60,915 nt of DNA, from contig DATLOH010000062.1 in assembly GCA_035536375.1 (NCBI GenBank), forward strand, positions 1 through 60,915, written 5' to 3'. Source of the stretch: Acidimicrobiales bacterium. Its GTDB lineage: Bacteria; Actinomycetota; Acidimicrobiia; Acidimicrobiales; JACCXE01. The stretch's first letter is position 1, and each line of letters opens with the position of its first letter. This document shows, piece after piece, positions 1 to 9,140 of this stretch. A program made the position numbers and the translations under genes. The notes under the pieces are model-generated. The model did no database searches and was not told the DNA's origin. It saw nothing but the letters and a program-made list of their open reading frames with translations.

Positions 1-423
1 GCGCCGGGCGGCGCGGATCTGTCATCGGGTGCCACGGTGGGCGGCGATGCGGCGCGGCGGTTGGCGTGCGACGCCGGCGTGCACCGCATCGTGGTGAAGG
101 GAACGTCGGAGATCCTCGACGTCGGCCAGAAGACGCGTACGGCGACTGTGGCGCAGCGCCGGTCGATCAAGTCGCGGCACGGCCATCGGTGCGCGTATCC
201 AGGCTGTGAACGGCGGATCTTTCAGATTCATCACATCGTGTGGTGGGAGAACTGCGGCGCCACTGCGGTCGACAACGGCGTGCCGCTCTGCCTGGCGCAC
301 CACCACCTTGTCCACGAAGGCGGCTGGACAGTGAGTTATGAGCCGACGACCGGCGTCACCACATTCACCGGGCCCGACGGCCAACAAACGACCAGCCACG
401 ACCGACCACGGTGCGCCACATGA
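1..423 (+). CDS. HNH endonuclease, C-terminal fragment (5' end outside window; DUF222/REP13E12-like family)
   Basis: Frame 1 is open from nt 1 to the TGA at 421-423. The tail reads ...SRHGHRCAYPGCERRIFQIHHIVWWENCGATAVDNGVPLCLAHHHLVHEGGW, i.e. a Cys pair plus the HH..N..HH His-Me finger signature. Confidence 0.75.
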   Translation, partial: APGGADLSSGATVGGDAARRLACDAGVHRIVVKGTSEILDVGQKTRTATVAQRRSIKSRHGHRCAYPGCERRIFQIHHIVWWENCGATAVDNGVPLCLAHHHLVHEGGWTVSYEPTTGVTTFTGPDGQQTTSHDRPRCAT

Positions 424-987
424 GTGGCGCCTTGCGCGACGTTGCGCGCAACGCGAGATCGCGATGCCCGGCATTCTGTACGGGTGATCTCAGACCCTGA
501 CGACGACCTGTGGGACGTACTGGCCGTCGGGGCATCAAGGGGTTCGTCTGGTCATTGGACAGCCTCCATCAGGGGACTTCCGGTCTCGTCGGGCGGCAGC
601 GCGACACAGCACGAGGCGCTTACCGGGATCCGGGCCAAACACCGAGACCGCATGACTACCGACCCCGCCTATCGCGCGCTAGCGATGGAACTCGCAGCGT
701 TGCCCCGGCGTGTGCAAGAGGCCGCATACCCGATGGGCAACGGCGAACTTGAGTGGCCGATTGCGATAGCTGGGAGTGCCGTTGAGGCACTTCGCGCAGC
801 TCAGCGCCTCGTGTTGGGTCTGGCTATCCGTGACTACGCGTTGGATGGGTCCTTCACTGAGGTGGCATGGACGTTCGAGGCGACAGACGACCCCCAGGCT
901 GCCTGCGAGGCTGCTCTTGGTGCGCTCAGGCGGCATGAGGGCGTGCCCTTCGAGCGGGTCGTAGTGAGGTGGCGCTACGGCGCGTAA
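424..987 (+). CDS. hypothetical protein (start uncertain, GTG 424 or GTG 484)
   Basis: 187-codon ORF directly after the HNH gene with GC3-rich codon usage. I recognise no domain. Confidence 0.35.
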   Translation: MAPCATLRATRDRDARHSVRVISDPDDDLWDVLAVGASRGSSGHWTASIRGLPVSSGGSATQHEALTGIRAKHRDRMTTDPAYRALAMELAALPRRVQEAAYPMGNGELEWPIAIAGSAVEALRAAQRLVLGLAIRDYALDGSFTEVAWTFEATDDPQAACEAALGALRRHEGVPFERVVVRWRYGA

Positions 988-1082
988 GTGCGCGCAAACT
1001 GCTGATCCAGTGCGCTGTTCTAGGGCACCGTTCGTCCGCCTTGGGGCATCCGGCGGGCGCGCCTCGGCGCGCAACGCGCTTG

Positions 1083-2006
1083 ATGTGTCGCGGGGCGCGT
1101 GCGACGGTACGCCGCGTGGAGACGGAAGACTTTCAGCGCGACGGATTCGTTGTGCTGCCGGGGTATCTAAGCGCCGAAGAACTCGCGCCTGCGCTGGCGG
1201 AGCTGCCGACGATGTTCCCGTCAGCCGACGACTTCCACCGCGATGCTGATCCACTACGGAACGCTCGCTTCCGTGACGAGTTCGGAGGTATTACGAACTT
1301 CCCCTTCCTGAGCACGGAGTTGTCGCTCGTTGCGGTCCACGACCGTCTCGTAGACCTAGCGGGCGAGTTGCTCGGCGATACCGACCTCCGCGTGTACTCG
1401 ATCGAGGGGTGGGCGAAGTACACCGGCGCAGCGTCGTACGACCAGTCGCACCATCGCGATTACCTCAACCACTCGCTCGTCGTTCCGTCGCCCGGCGCGC
1501 GCTCACAGGTCGAGATGTTCCTCTACTTGAGTGATGTCACATCCGATCTCGGGGCGCCGAGCTACGTCCCGCATGAGCACACGCGGACGCTGCCCGCGCT
1601 CCCGAACTGGCTCCATCGAGTGCCCCCCGCCGAAGCCGACGAGCGAGGATGGGTCTCCAGCGATGGATGGCCGTCGCTGTATGACAACGAGGTCAGCGCA
1701 GCGGGACCAGCCGGAACGGTTGTCGCGTACACCGTCGAGACCTTTCACCGCGGCACCGAGCTGACGCGGCCGAACGGCGCTCGTTACACGATTCACGTCA
1801 ACTTTCGCCGGGCCGACAGCGATTGGATCGGTCGCCGTTCATGGACGGATACCGCGAACAGCGCCGAGTGGCACGCCTTCGTTGCACGCGCCTCGATGCG
1901 CCAACTGCAACTGTTCGGCTTTCCCCCGCCGGAGCATCCGTACTGGACTGAAGAGACGATCGCTGAAACTGCCCGCCGCTACCCGGGATTCGGCAAGGGG
2001 AGGTAG
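1083..2006 (+). CDS. phytanoyl-CoA dioxygenase (PhyH) family Fe(II)/2-oxoglutarate oxygenase
   Basis: FQRDGFVVLPGYLSAEEL N-terminal signature, an HxD motif (SHHRDYLN) and a distal His (ETFHRGT). The ORF opens at 969; ATG 1083 or GTG 1116 are the plausible starts. Confidence 0.8.
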   Translation: MCRGARATVRRVETEDFQRDGFVVLPGYLSAEELAPALAELPTMFPSADDFHRDADPLRNARFRDEFGGITNFPFLSTELSLVAVHDRLVDLAGELLGDTDLRVYSIEGWAKYTGAASYDQSHHRDYLNHSLVVPSPGARSQVEMFLYLSDVTSDLGAPSYVPHEHTRTLPALPNWLHRVPPAEADERGWVSSDGWPSLYDNEVSAAGPAGTVVAYTVETFHRGTELTRPNGARYTIHVNFRRADSDWIGRRSWTDTANSAEWHAFVARASMRQLQLFGFPPPEHPYWTEETIAETARRYPGFGKGR

Positions 2007-2048
2007 GCGAAGGCGATCACCCTCCGCCCGCGTTGCTGGCTGTGGAGC

Positions 2049-2609
2049 TCAGGTCGCGATGCGGTAGCGGAGGTACATGGCACCGTCGCTGAACCGACGA
2101 TTCTCCTGTAGCTCGAGGACTGCGCGGGTGTCGCTCGGCAGCGCGGGTTTGCCTCCGCCGACGAGTCTGGGCCGGACGAACAGGTGGACCTCGTCCACTA
2201 GCCCGGCCGCGAACGCGTGCGCCGCGAGGTGCGGGCCGGCGATGGCGAGGTCGCCCGTCGCCGAGGCCTTCATGTCGCGCACCGACGCAGGCTCGAAGTT
2301 GCGCTCGAGCTGGGTCCTGGTGGTCGACACCGCGTCCAGAGTCGTGGAGTAGACGACCTTGTCCGCGGCCTGCCAGACCCGGGCGAACTCGGCCATGAGA
2401 TCCGACTGTGTGGCCAAGGCGGGATCGGTCTCCCAGACGGCCATCGTCTCGTACATGCGCCTGCCGAGAAGGTGCGTGCTGACAGGTCGAATCAGGTCGG
2501 TGATGAACACGAACGCTTCATCCTCGGGCTCGCTCCAGTTGAAGTCGCCCTGTTCATCCTCGATGTAGCCGTCGAGGGACACGTTGATCACGTAGATCAG
2601 CTTCGCCAT
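2049..2609 (-). CDS. dihydrofolate reductase family protein (RibD C-terminal domain type)
   Basis: MAKLIYVINVSLDGYIEDEQGDFNW... is the typical start of the RibD_C/YyaP family, and the length (186 aa) fits. Confidence 0.85.
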   Translation of the reverse strand: MAKLIYVINVSLDGYIEDEQGDFNWSEPEDEAFVFITDLIRPVSTHLLGRRMYETMAVWETDPALATQSDLMAEFARVWQAADKVVYSTTLDAVSTTRTQLERNFEPASVRDMKASATGDLAIAGPHLAAHAFAAGLVDEVHLFVRPRLVGGGKPALPSDTRAVLELQENRRFSDGAMYLRYRIAT

Positions 2610-2714
2610 GCCGCCCCTCTGCGGCCATTGGCCGAGACGGCAGGGGGAACCAGCGGGCCGCGGGCCTTCTTGTCGAGCACGATCGCACGGTAGACCCGGG
2701 CCGCCGTGCCCGCC

Positions 2715-3086
2715 CTACACCGTGTAGATGTACCCGAGGCTGTCAATCCATCCCGCGTGCAGGTTCACGTACCCGTAGCACTCTTGCGTAAGGCACGCCG
2801 GGTTGGTGACGGTGCCCGCAGGTTCCGACCCCGCGAACTTTCGCACGCACTCGAATGTCGCGGCGATGCACATCCCGACTTCCCACTCGCGGTTCCCCTC
2901 GAGGACGATGTTGTAGTTAAGAGTCGACGAGCCAGTCTGAGTGAAGCTGCACACGTCGGTGGAGGGGCCGAAATGGGCCACGCATGCCCCTGGGCTCGCC
3001 TCAGCAGGCGACGGTGCGAACGCGAACGCAGTAACGGCCAGCGCGCCGGCGAGCGCCGCTCCGGCCAACTTCTTGATGCTCATCAT
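2715..3086 (-). CDS. small secreted Cys-containing protein, function unknown
   Basis: Sec signal peptide MMSIKKLAGAALAGALAVTAFAFAPSPAEA. Six Cys in a mature part of about 93 aa. GAGGGGG ribosome-binding site just upstream of the ATG. Confidence 0.6.
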   Translation of the reverse strand: MMSIKKLAGAALAGALAVTAFAFAPSPAEASPGACVAHFGPSTDVCSFTQTGSSTLNYNIVLEGNREWEVGMCIAATFECVRKFAGSEPAGTVTNPACLTQECYGYVNLHAGWIDSLGYIYTV

Positions 3087-3356
3087 CGTGCCCCCTCGGT
3101 ATTCGTCATCACCCGATCGTTCGATCGGGCGAATTGCGGTGTAACGACGTAAACGTACGAGTGATGTTCGCCGACCGCAACGGGGGAAACCCTATTCAGG
3201 CGCCCTGCTCGCGATAGTTGGCACCGCAGGTTCCTGCGCTAGCCTGGCGACCTGCACCGCACGGCTCGGCCGCTGCGTTCGTGGGCGTCCATCGCCTTCG
3301 GGGTCAACGAGGAACTGTTCTCTGTCGACCCGCTTCACCGTTCGACAGGAGTTTCA

Positions 3357-4940
3357 GTGTCCCCCACCTTCGCCGATCTCGGCGTCCGTACCGATCTGCT
3401 CGCGCTGCTCGACGCACGCGGCATCACCATCCCCACCCCCCTCCAGGAAGCGACCATCGTCGACTCGCTTGCCGGCCACGACGTGTGCGGCAAGGCGCCG
3501 ACCGGCTCGGGCAAGACGCTCGCGTTCGGCATCCCGATGGTCATGCGCACCGAGCGCGCGCGGCCCCGTCAGCCCCGAGCTCTCGTGCTCGTGCCGACGC
3601 GCGAGCTTGCCGCGCAGGTGACCGACGAACTGAAGCCGCTCGTCCAGCAGTCGGGGCGGCGCATCGTCGCGCTCTACGGCGGCGTGTCGTACGAGTCGCA
3701 GATGAAGATCATCCGCCGCGGGGTCGACATCATCGTCGCCACTCCCGGGCGCCTCGAGGACATGATCGAGCGGCGGGCGTTCAGCCTGTCGGATGTCGAC
3801 ATCGTCGTCATCGACGAAGCCGACCGCATGGCCGACATGGGGTTCCTCCCCCCGGTCAAGCGCATTCTCGACCAGACGAACTCGACCCGCCAGACGCTGC
3901 TGTTCTCCGCAACGCTCGACGGCGAGGTCGACGCTCTTATCAAGCACTACCAGAACGATCCCCGGCGTCACGCGGCCGTGAGCGCCGAGGACGACGCCGA
4001 GGTCGACCACTACTTCTGGACCGCACCAAAGGAACAGCGCATCCGGCTGATCGGAAGCCTCGTCAAGCGCCACGAGCGGGCGATCGTGTTCTGCCGCACG
4101 CGCCACGGCGCCGAGCGCCTGGCCAAGCAGCTCGAGCAGGTCGGCGTCGGCGCGGCCGCCATCCACGGCGATCGCACGCAGGCCCAGCGCGAGAAGGCAC
4201 TCTCTGCCTTCAAGGCCGGACGCGTGCAGGCGCTCGTGGCTACCGACGTCGCCGCCCGCGGCATCCACGTCGACGCGGTGCCGTGCGTCATCCACTTCGA
4301 TCCCGCAGCCGATCACAAGGATTACCTGCACCGCTCAGGACGCACCGGCCGCGCCGGGCTCAGCGGAGTAGTCGTAAGCCTCGTGACCAACGAGGTCCGC
4401 AACCAAGTGAAGGTGCTCCAGCGGGCGCTCGGTCTGCCGGGACGGCTCGACGAGCCCGACGTCGACGCGTTCGTGCCGGCGCCGCGCCCGGCAGCAGCGA
4501 ACGCCCGCCAGGTGGCACCGACCGACACCCCTGCAGCGCGAACGACTCGCGCGCCTCGTTCCGACCGGCCCGGATCCACACGCTCAGCGGCGGCCGCCTC
4601 CCCGCCGAAGCCGTACGCGAAGCCGACACCGAAGACGTACGAGAAGCCCGCCAAGCCGTACGTCAAATCGGCGCCGAAGCCGTACGCGAAGTCGTCGCCG
4701 AAGCCGCGTCCTGAGCGCGAGCGAAGCGAGACTGCGCGCCCGGCGCACCACGGCAGCGCGCATCCTGTGCCCGGCAAGCCTGCGAAGAAGGCGCGCTGGT
4801 CCAACGAGCGCAAGAAGCAGGCGAAGGTGGCCCGTGAGCGGGGCGCCACCGCGGGTTCGGTCAGGCGCGGCGGCCCAGCGCGGCCGGGCGCGCGAGGTGC
4901 CACGAAGCCAGCGCAAGACCGCACAGACCGCCGGCGATAA
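3357..4940 (+). CDS. DEAD-box ATP-dependent RNA helicase with basic repetitive C-terminal tail
   Basis: Q motif/motif I (GKAPTGSGKTLAF), DEAD (VIDEADRM), SAT (FSATL) and HRSGRTGRAG motifs are all present. GTG start is preceded by CAGGAG. Confidence 0.95.
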   Translation: MSPTFADLGVRTDLLALLDARGITIPTPLQEATIVDSLAGHDVCGKAPTGSGKTLAFGIPMVMRTERARPRQPRALVLVPTRELAAQVTDELKPLVQQSGRRIVALYGGVSYESQMKIIRRGVDIIVATPGRLEDMIERRAFSLSDVDIVVIDEADRMADMGFLPPVKRILDQTNSTRQTLLFSATLDGEVDALIKHYQNDPRRHAAVSAEDDAEVDHYFWTAPKEQRIRLIGSLVKRHERAIVFCRTRHGAERLAKQLEQVGVGAAAIHGDRTQAQREKALSAFKAGRVQALVATDVAARGIHVDAVPCVIHFDPAADHKDYLHRSGRTGRAGLSGVVVSLVTNEVRNQVKVLQRALGLPGRLDEPDVDAFVPAPRPAAANARQVAPTDTPAARTTRAPRSDRPGSTRSAAAASPPKPYAKPTPKTYEKPAKPYVKSAPKPYAKSSPKPRPERERSETARPAHHGSAHPVPGKPAKKARWSNERKKQAKVARERGATAGSVRRGGPARPGARGATKPAQDRTDRRR

Positions 4941-6165
4941 CCACGACGGAGATAGACGTCGCCTGAACCACGGCACCGGCGGCCAGCGTTCCGAGCGGCA
5001 CCGTCCCGCCGAACGCCATCATCCAGAGCGCCATCACCCGCCCGCGCACCTGCTCGTTCAGGTGCTGGTTCAGCACGGTCGAAAGGGCGGTGACGCCCAT
5101 GAAGTACGCGGTGCCGATAGCGAAGATGAGCGGGTAAGCAGGCGCGGCCACGCGCAGGAGCCCGAACGGCACCAGCAGTCCGCCGAAGGCCAGCAGCGCG
5201 ACCCGCATGACCGTCGGCTTGTGGGCCTTGTAAAGCACGGTGCCGATGGAGATCGCGCCCGTGGCGGCACCGAGGCCGAACAGCGCGTAGAGCACGCCGT
5301 AGCCAGGACCTTGCGTGTCGATCCCGAGCCGCTCCTCGGCGATCACCGGCAGCAGCCCGACGAACGGCAAGCAGAAGAACGACACCACGGCGATCGTGAT
5401 CAGGCACGCGCGCACCACCGGCTCGCGGCGCGCAACGGCGATGCCTCCGAGAAGTCGCCGCATCCCCGATTCGCCGAGGTCGGGATAAGGCCGCGGCAGG
5501 TCAACGCGCACGACTGCGGCTATGACGAAGACGTACGTAGCGGCGTTGATCACGAACAGCACAGGCGCACCGAACGCAGGAAGCAGGACACCGCCGATCG
5601 CCGGGCCGATCACGCGCGACAGGTTGAGCTGAAGCGACTGGAGCGAGATCGCACCCGGGAGGTCGCGCTTGCCGACGAGGGACGGCATCACCGCCGCGAA
5701 CACCGGGCCGGCGGCGGCGTTGCCCACGCCGATGATCAGCACGATCACGAAGATCAGGCGCGGCGACGGTTCCGACCTACTCGCAGCCCACGCGAGCGCA
5801 AGCGACATCAGCAGCTGCTGCCCCTGCGCGATGCACAGCATCACCTTGCGGTTCACCGAGTCGGCCAGGAACCCGCTCACGATCGAGAGCAGCAGCATGG
5901 GACCGAGCTGGGCGAAGCTCAGCGCCGCGACGTAGCGGGGCGACTGCGTGAGCTCGTAGGCGAACGCGCCGAGCGCGACGTTCTGCATCCACGTGCCGAT
6001 GTTCGAAGCGAACGATCCGAACCACACCGACCGGTACGCCGGATGCGACAGCGCAGCGCGCGCTGAACCCGGCCGGTACGCGACATCACCCGAGACCTCG
6101 GCGTCCTCGGCCTCGGCGCGCGAGACGTCACCGTCGACTCCGTCGTTCGGGCTCACGCCAGCCAC
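4861..6165 (-). CDS. MFS transporter (EntS/MFS_3-like)
   Basis: About 12 predicted hydrophobic helices, with N-terminal ...YRSVWFGSFASNIGTWMQNVALGAFAYELT typical of this MFS subfamily. Confidence 0.85.
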   Translation of the reverse strand: MAGVSPNDGVDGDVSRAEAEDAEVSGDVAYRPGSARAALSHPAYRSVWFGSFASNIGTWMQNVALGAFAYELTQSPRYVAALSFAQLGPMLLLSIVSGFLADSVNRKVMLCIAQGQQLLMSLALAWAASRSEPSPRLIFVIVLIIGVGNAAAGPVFAAVMPSLVGKRDLPGAISLQSLQLNLSRVIGPAIGGVLLPAFGAPVLFVINAATYVFVIAAVVRVDLPRPYPDLGESGMRRLLGGIAVARREPVVRACLITIAVVSFFCLPFVGLLPVIAEERLGIDTQGPGYGVLYALFGLGAATGAISIGTVLYKAHKPTVMRVALLAFGGLLVPFGLLRVAAPAYPLIFAIGTAYFMGVTALSTVLNQHLNEQVRGRVMALWMMAFGGTVPLGTLAAGAVVQATSISVVVIAGGLCGLALASWHLARPAALGRRA

Positions 6166-6175
6166 TCGCGTGCGT

Positions 6176-6886
6176 TCAGCGGTGCTCAGGGTTCTCGAAG
6201 TCGAAGCGGCAACCGGCGTCCCATTCCGATCGCTGGTTGCCCTGCGCAGGGATCCCTCCGGAGTCCTTGAGCATGCGCGCGAGGTGCAGGAGGTTCCACG
6301 TCATGAACGTGGTGTTCCGGTTGGTGAAGTCGTTGTCGGGTCCACCCGAGTCCGGATCGAGATACGACGGTCCGGGGCCGGCCTCGCCGATCCACCCGGC
6401 GTCGGCCTGTGGCGGGATGACGTAGCCGAGGTGTTGAAGCGAGTACAGGATGTTCATCGAGCAGTGCTTGACGCCGTCTTCGTTGCCGGTGATGAGACAG
6501 CCGCCGACTTTGCCGTAATACGCGTACTGGCCCTTTCCGTTGAGTACCGCAGAGTTTCCGTACAGACGCTCGATCACCTTGGTGCAGACGGACGACTTCT
6601 CCCCAAGCCAGATCGGCGAACAGAGCACGAGAATGTCAGCGGCCTGCACCCTCTCCTGGATGGAGGGCCACTCGTCGGTCGGCCAGCCGTGCTCCGTCAT
6701 GTCGGGGTACACCCCGACCGGGATGTCGCGGTCGACGGCACGTACGAGCTCGACCGCGACGCGGTTGTGCCGCATGATTTGCATCGACACCTCGGCAAGA
6801 CCCTCGGTGTGCGACCGCTCCGGCGATCTCTTCAGCGTGCAACTGATGAACAGCGCCCGCAGGTCGGAGTAGTCGCGTTCAGGCAT
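6176..6886 (-). CDS. flavodoxin-like / NADPH-dependent FMN reductase family protein
   Basis: ALFISCTLKRSP...ADILVLCSPIWLGEKSS...GNEDG pattern of the flavodoxin_2/FMN_red fold. Confidence 0.8.
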   Translation of the reverse strand: MPERDYSDLRALFISCTLKRSPERSHTEGLAEVSMQIMRHNRVAVELVRAVDRDIPVGVYPDMTEHGWPTDEWPSIQERVQAADILVLCSPIWLGEKSSVCTKVIERLYGNSAVLNGKGQYAYYGKVGGCLITGNEDGVKHCSMNILYSLQHLGYVIPPQADAGWIGEAGPGPSYLDPDSGGPDNDFTNRNTTFMTWNLLHLARMLKDSGGIPAQGNQRSEWDAGCRFDFENPEHR

Positions 6887-6928
6887 GGCGCCTGTTGTAG
6901 CCGTGATTCGTCGCCTGAGCTGCGGACG

Positions 6929-7645
6929 TCAGCGCTGCGTGGCGTTGGCGATCGGCACGGCGAACCGCTCGCACCAGATCAGCACCGTCCATCCAGGGCC
7001 CGCGCGTGTGTCCGCCGGCACCTTGATGTCGAGCAACTCGCCGCGGTTTCCCGGCAACGCACCGAGGTTCACGCCGCGGCGCGTTCGTACGTCCTCACCC
7101 TCCACGAGGTACACGACCGGGTCGGGGGCGCCCTCGATTGCGAAGTCCTCGAGACGGACGACGAGCGTCCCGTCAGGTCCCCGAACGACCGACGCATTCC
7201 CTCTTGCGGTGTGGTCGATGCCTTGCAACGCCCCGGTGCTCAACCGGGTCGCAACTGGCACCGGCGATGTGGTCGGCGCCGCCGCAGCGTCGTCGATAGG
7301 GGCAACGTCGAGTTCTGTAGGCAGGAACGGTGCGTCCTCGACTGCGCCAGACACCACCGTGCGATTGGCGGTCGTCTCCGTGTAATACGGCAGGATCGTC
7401 CACGATGCCGCGCCCAGCACCGCCGCGCTCATGACAACCGAAGTCGCCAGCCGAAATCGGACAACTCGGCGCACGGCGGTGCCGATCACGAGGTACGCGA
7501 CGACGAGTGCGACCACAACCAGCAGGCCACGTCCGCTGCGCAGCACGGTTCGCGCTTCACGGTTCTTGTCGACGAAGAAGAACCCGAAGGTGGCTGCGAA
7601 GGCGGCGAGCGGCAGGATCCGGCTAAGCAACCTCATGGCCGACAT
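6929..7645 (-). CDS. membrane-anchored DM13 domain protein
   Basis: N-terminal TM helices, then GALQGIDHTARGNASVVRGPDGTLVVRLEDFAIEGAPDPVVYLVEG...LLDIKVPAD, which matches the DM13 pattern. Confidence 0.7.
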   Translation of the reverse strand: MSAMRLLSRILPLAAFAATFGFFFVDKNREARTVLRSGRGLLVVVALVVAYLVIGTAVRRVVRFRLATSVVMSAAVLGAASWTILPYYTETTANRTVVSGAVEDAPFLPTELDVAPIDDAAAAPTTSPVPVATRLSTGALQGIDHTARGNASVVRGPDGTLVVRLEDFAIEGAPDPVVYLVEGEDVRTRRGVNLGALPGNRGELLDIKVPADTRAGPGWTVLIWCERFAVPIANATQR

Positions 7646-7712
7646 CCTCGCCGCGATTCATGGCCGAAAAGCGTCGGCACTCGAAAGAGGTCCAAGCGGG
7701 TAAGAAGGAGCG

Positions 7713-8237
7713 ATGGCCGCTAAGACCAGTACGAAGAAGCCCAGCCCCCGCAAGCCGCCGAAGGGCCGGATTGACATAGGCATCAGCGAGGCCGACCGGC
7801 AGAAGATTGCGCACGGCCTCGGCCGCGTTCTCGCCGACAGCTATGCGCTGTATCTGAAGACGCACAACTATCACTGGAACGTGACCGGCCCGCAGTTCAA
7901 CACCCTGCATCTCATGTTCGAGACGCAGTATCTCGAGCTCGCGACGGCGGTGGACCTCATCGCCGAGCGGATCCGGGCGCTCGGTGAGCGGGCGCCCGGT
8001 ACGTACCGCGAGTTCTCGTCACTTGCCAGCGTTACCGAGGACCGCGACGAGCCGGGCGCGACGGAGATGATCCGTCGCCTGGTCGACGGGCAAGAGGCCG
8101 TGGTACGCACGGCGCGCGAGGTCTTCAGCCTCGCTGACGGTGCGGACGACCAACCAACCGCCGATTTGCTCACGCAACGCATGCAAGTGCACGAGAAGAC
8201 AGCGTGGATGCTGCGGTCGATGCTCGAGACCGAGTAG
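7713..8237 (+). CDS. dps: DNA starvation/stationary phase protection protein Dps
   Basis: LADSYALYLKTHNYHWNVTGPQFNTLHLMFETQY ferritin-like Dps signature. AAGGAG RBS at 7704-7709. Confidence 0.9.
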   Translation: MAAKTSTKKPSPRKPPKGRIDIGISEADRQKIAHGLGRVLADSYALYLKTHNYHWNVTGPQFNTLHLMFETQYLELATAVDLIAERIRALGERAPGTYREFSSLASVTEDRDEPGATEMIRRLVDGQEAVVRTAREVFSLADGADDQPTADLLTQRMQVHEKTAWMLRSMLETE

Positions 8238-8248
8238 GCCGCGCCGAA

Positions 8249-9136
8249 CTACTGCGCTTGCGTCAGTACTTGGTGCCAGCGCTCCATTGAGACCGACGCC
8301 GGCGAGGTGGTGTCGAGAAAGTCGGTGAGCAAGCTGTGCACGACGGCAGGGCGCTCGATCGGCAAGAAGTGGCCAGCGCCCCGCACCACTTCAAGGCGGC
8401 TCCCCGGCATCAGCGCGTGGGCGGCGTGGGCGTGGGCCACCGGAATGATCTGGTCGCGGTCGCCCCACATGATCAACGTCGGCATCTCCTGCGCCAAGTA
8501 GAGGCGGTCGCGCGCGCTGACGCGTTGGCCGGCGATGTCGATCACCGACCGGATCGTGTGCACGAACGCTCGCTGGGCGCGGACGTCGGTGAGACGGCTG
8601 TAGGAGTTCCACACCTCGTTGAGCACGGGCCCGCCACGCAGCCCTAGGCGTCCGAGCAACCTCCCGGCGACACCGGCGGCATCGTGCACCCGCCCGGTGA
8701 ACAACGCCGGCAGCACGTACTCCGCGCCCGGCAGGCTGGCAGCGCGCAGGAGGAGGCTGACCTCCTTGCCGAGGCCTCCGCTGGCGATGAGCACGAGCCG
8801 TTCGGTCATCTGCGGAAACTGATACGCCAGCTGCATGGCGATGCCGCCGCCAAGACTGTGGCCCACGAACGTGGCCCGCTCGTGACCGAGCACGCCGAGG
8901 AGGTCCCTGATCCCCGACGCGTACGCGCCCAGGCTGTAGTCGCCGCGCGGCTTGGCGGACTCGCCGTGACCCATCAGGTCGGGAGCGATGACCGTGTAGC
9001 GGTCGGTCAGCAGCGGCGTGATCTGCTCCCAGGTGGTCGAGCTCCCGGCGATCCCATGCACGAGCACGAGGACGGGGCCGTCGCCCGCCGAGCGGTAGGC
9101 CACGTCCCGACCGTGAACTTTGACGAACTTCACCAT
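8249..9136 (-). CDS. alpha/beta hydrolase
   Basis: HGIAGSS oxyanion region and GHSLGG nucleophile elbow. Starts 5 nt downstream of the preceding gene. Confidence 0.85.
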   Translation of the reverse strand: MVKFVKVHGRDVAYRSAGDGPVLVLVHGIAGSSTTWEQITPLLTDRYTVIAPDLMGHGESAKPRGDYSLGAYASGIRDLLGVLGHERATFVGHSLGGGIAMQLAYQFPQMTERLVLIASGGLGKEVSLLLRAASLPGAEYVLPALFTGRVHDAAGVAGRLLGRLGLRGGPVLNEVWNSYSRLTDVRAQRAFVHTIRSVIDIAGQRVSARDRLYLAQEMPTLIMWGDRDQIIPVAHAHAAHALMPGSRLEVVRGAGHFLPIERPAVVHSLLTDFLDTTSPASVSMERWHQVLTQAQ

Positions 9137-9140
9137 GGCG

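Noticed and set aside
1-987. HNH endonuclease fragment plus the following unknown ORF as part of a mobile element or toxin-immunity pair.
   Set aside because: The HNH gene is truncated by the window edge, no repeats or transposase are visible, and the weak HicB-like resemblance of the second ORF is not convincing without a search.
3218-5407. Long alternative-frame and antisense ORFs: 3218-4714 (+, 498 aa), 3354-4331 (-, 325 aa), 4322-5407 (-, 361 aa). Similar ones occur elsewhere, such as 17713-19206 (-, 497 aa), 27098-28279, 48286-48789 and 57601-59034.
   Set aside because: They are Arg/Pro/Gly/Ala-rich translations with no motifs, and they lie fully inside or opposite genes that have unambiguous domain signatures. 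Stop codons are rare in very GC-rich DNA, so such shadow ORFs are expected.
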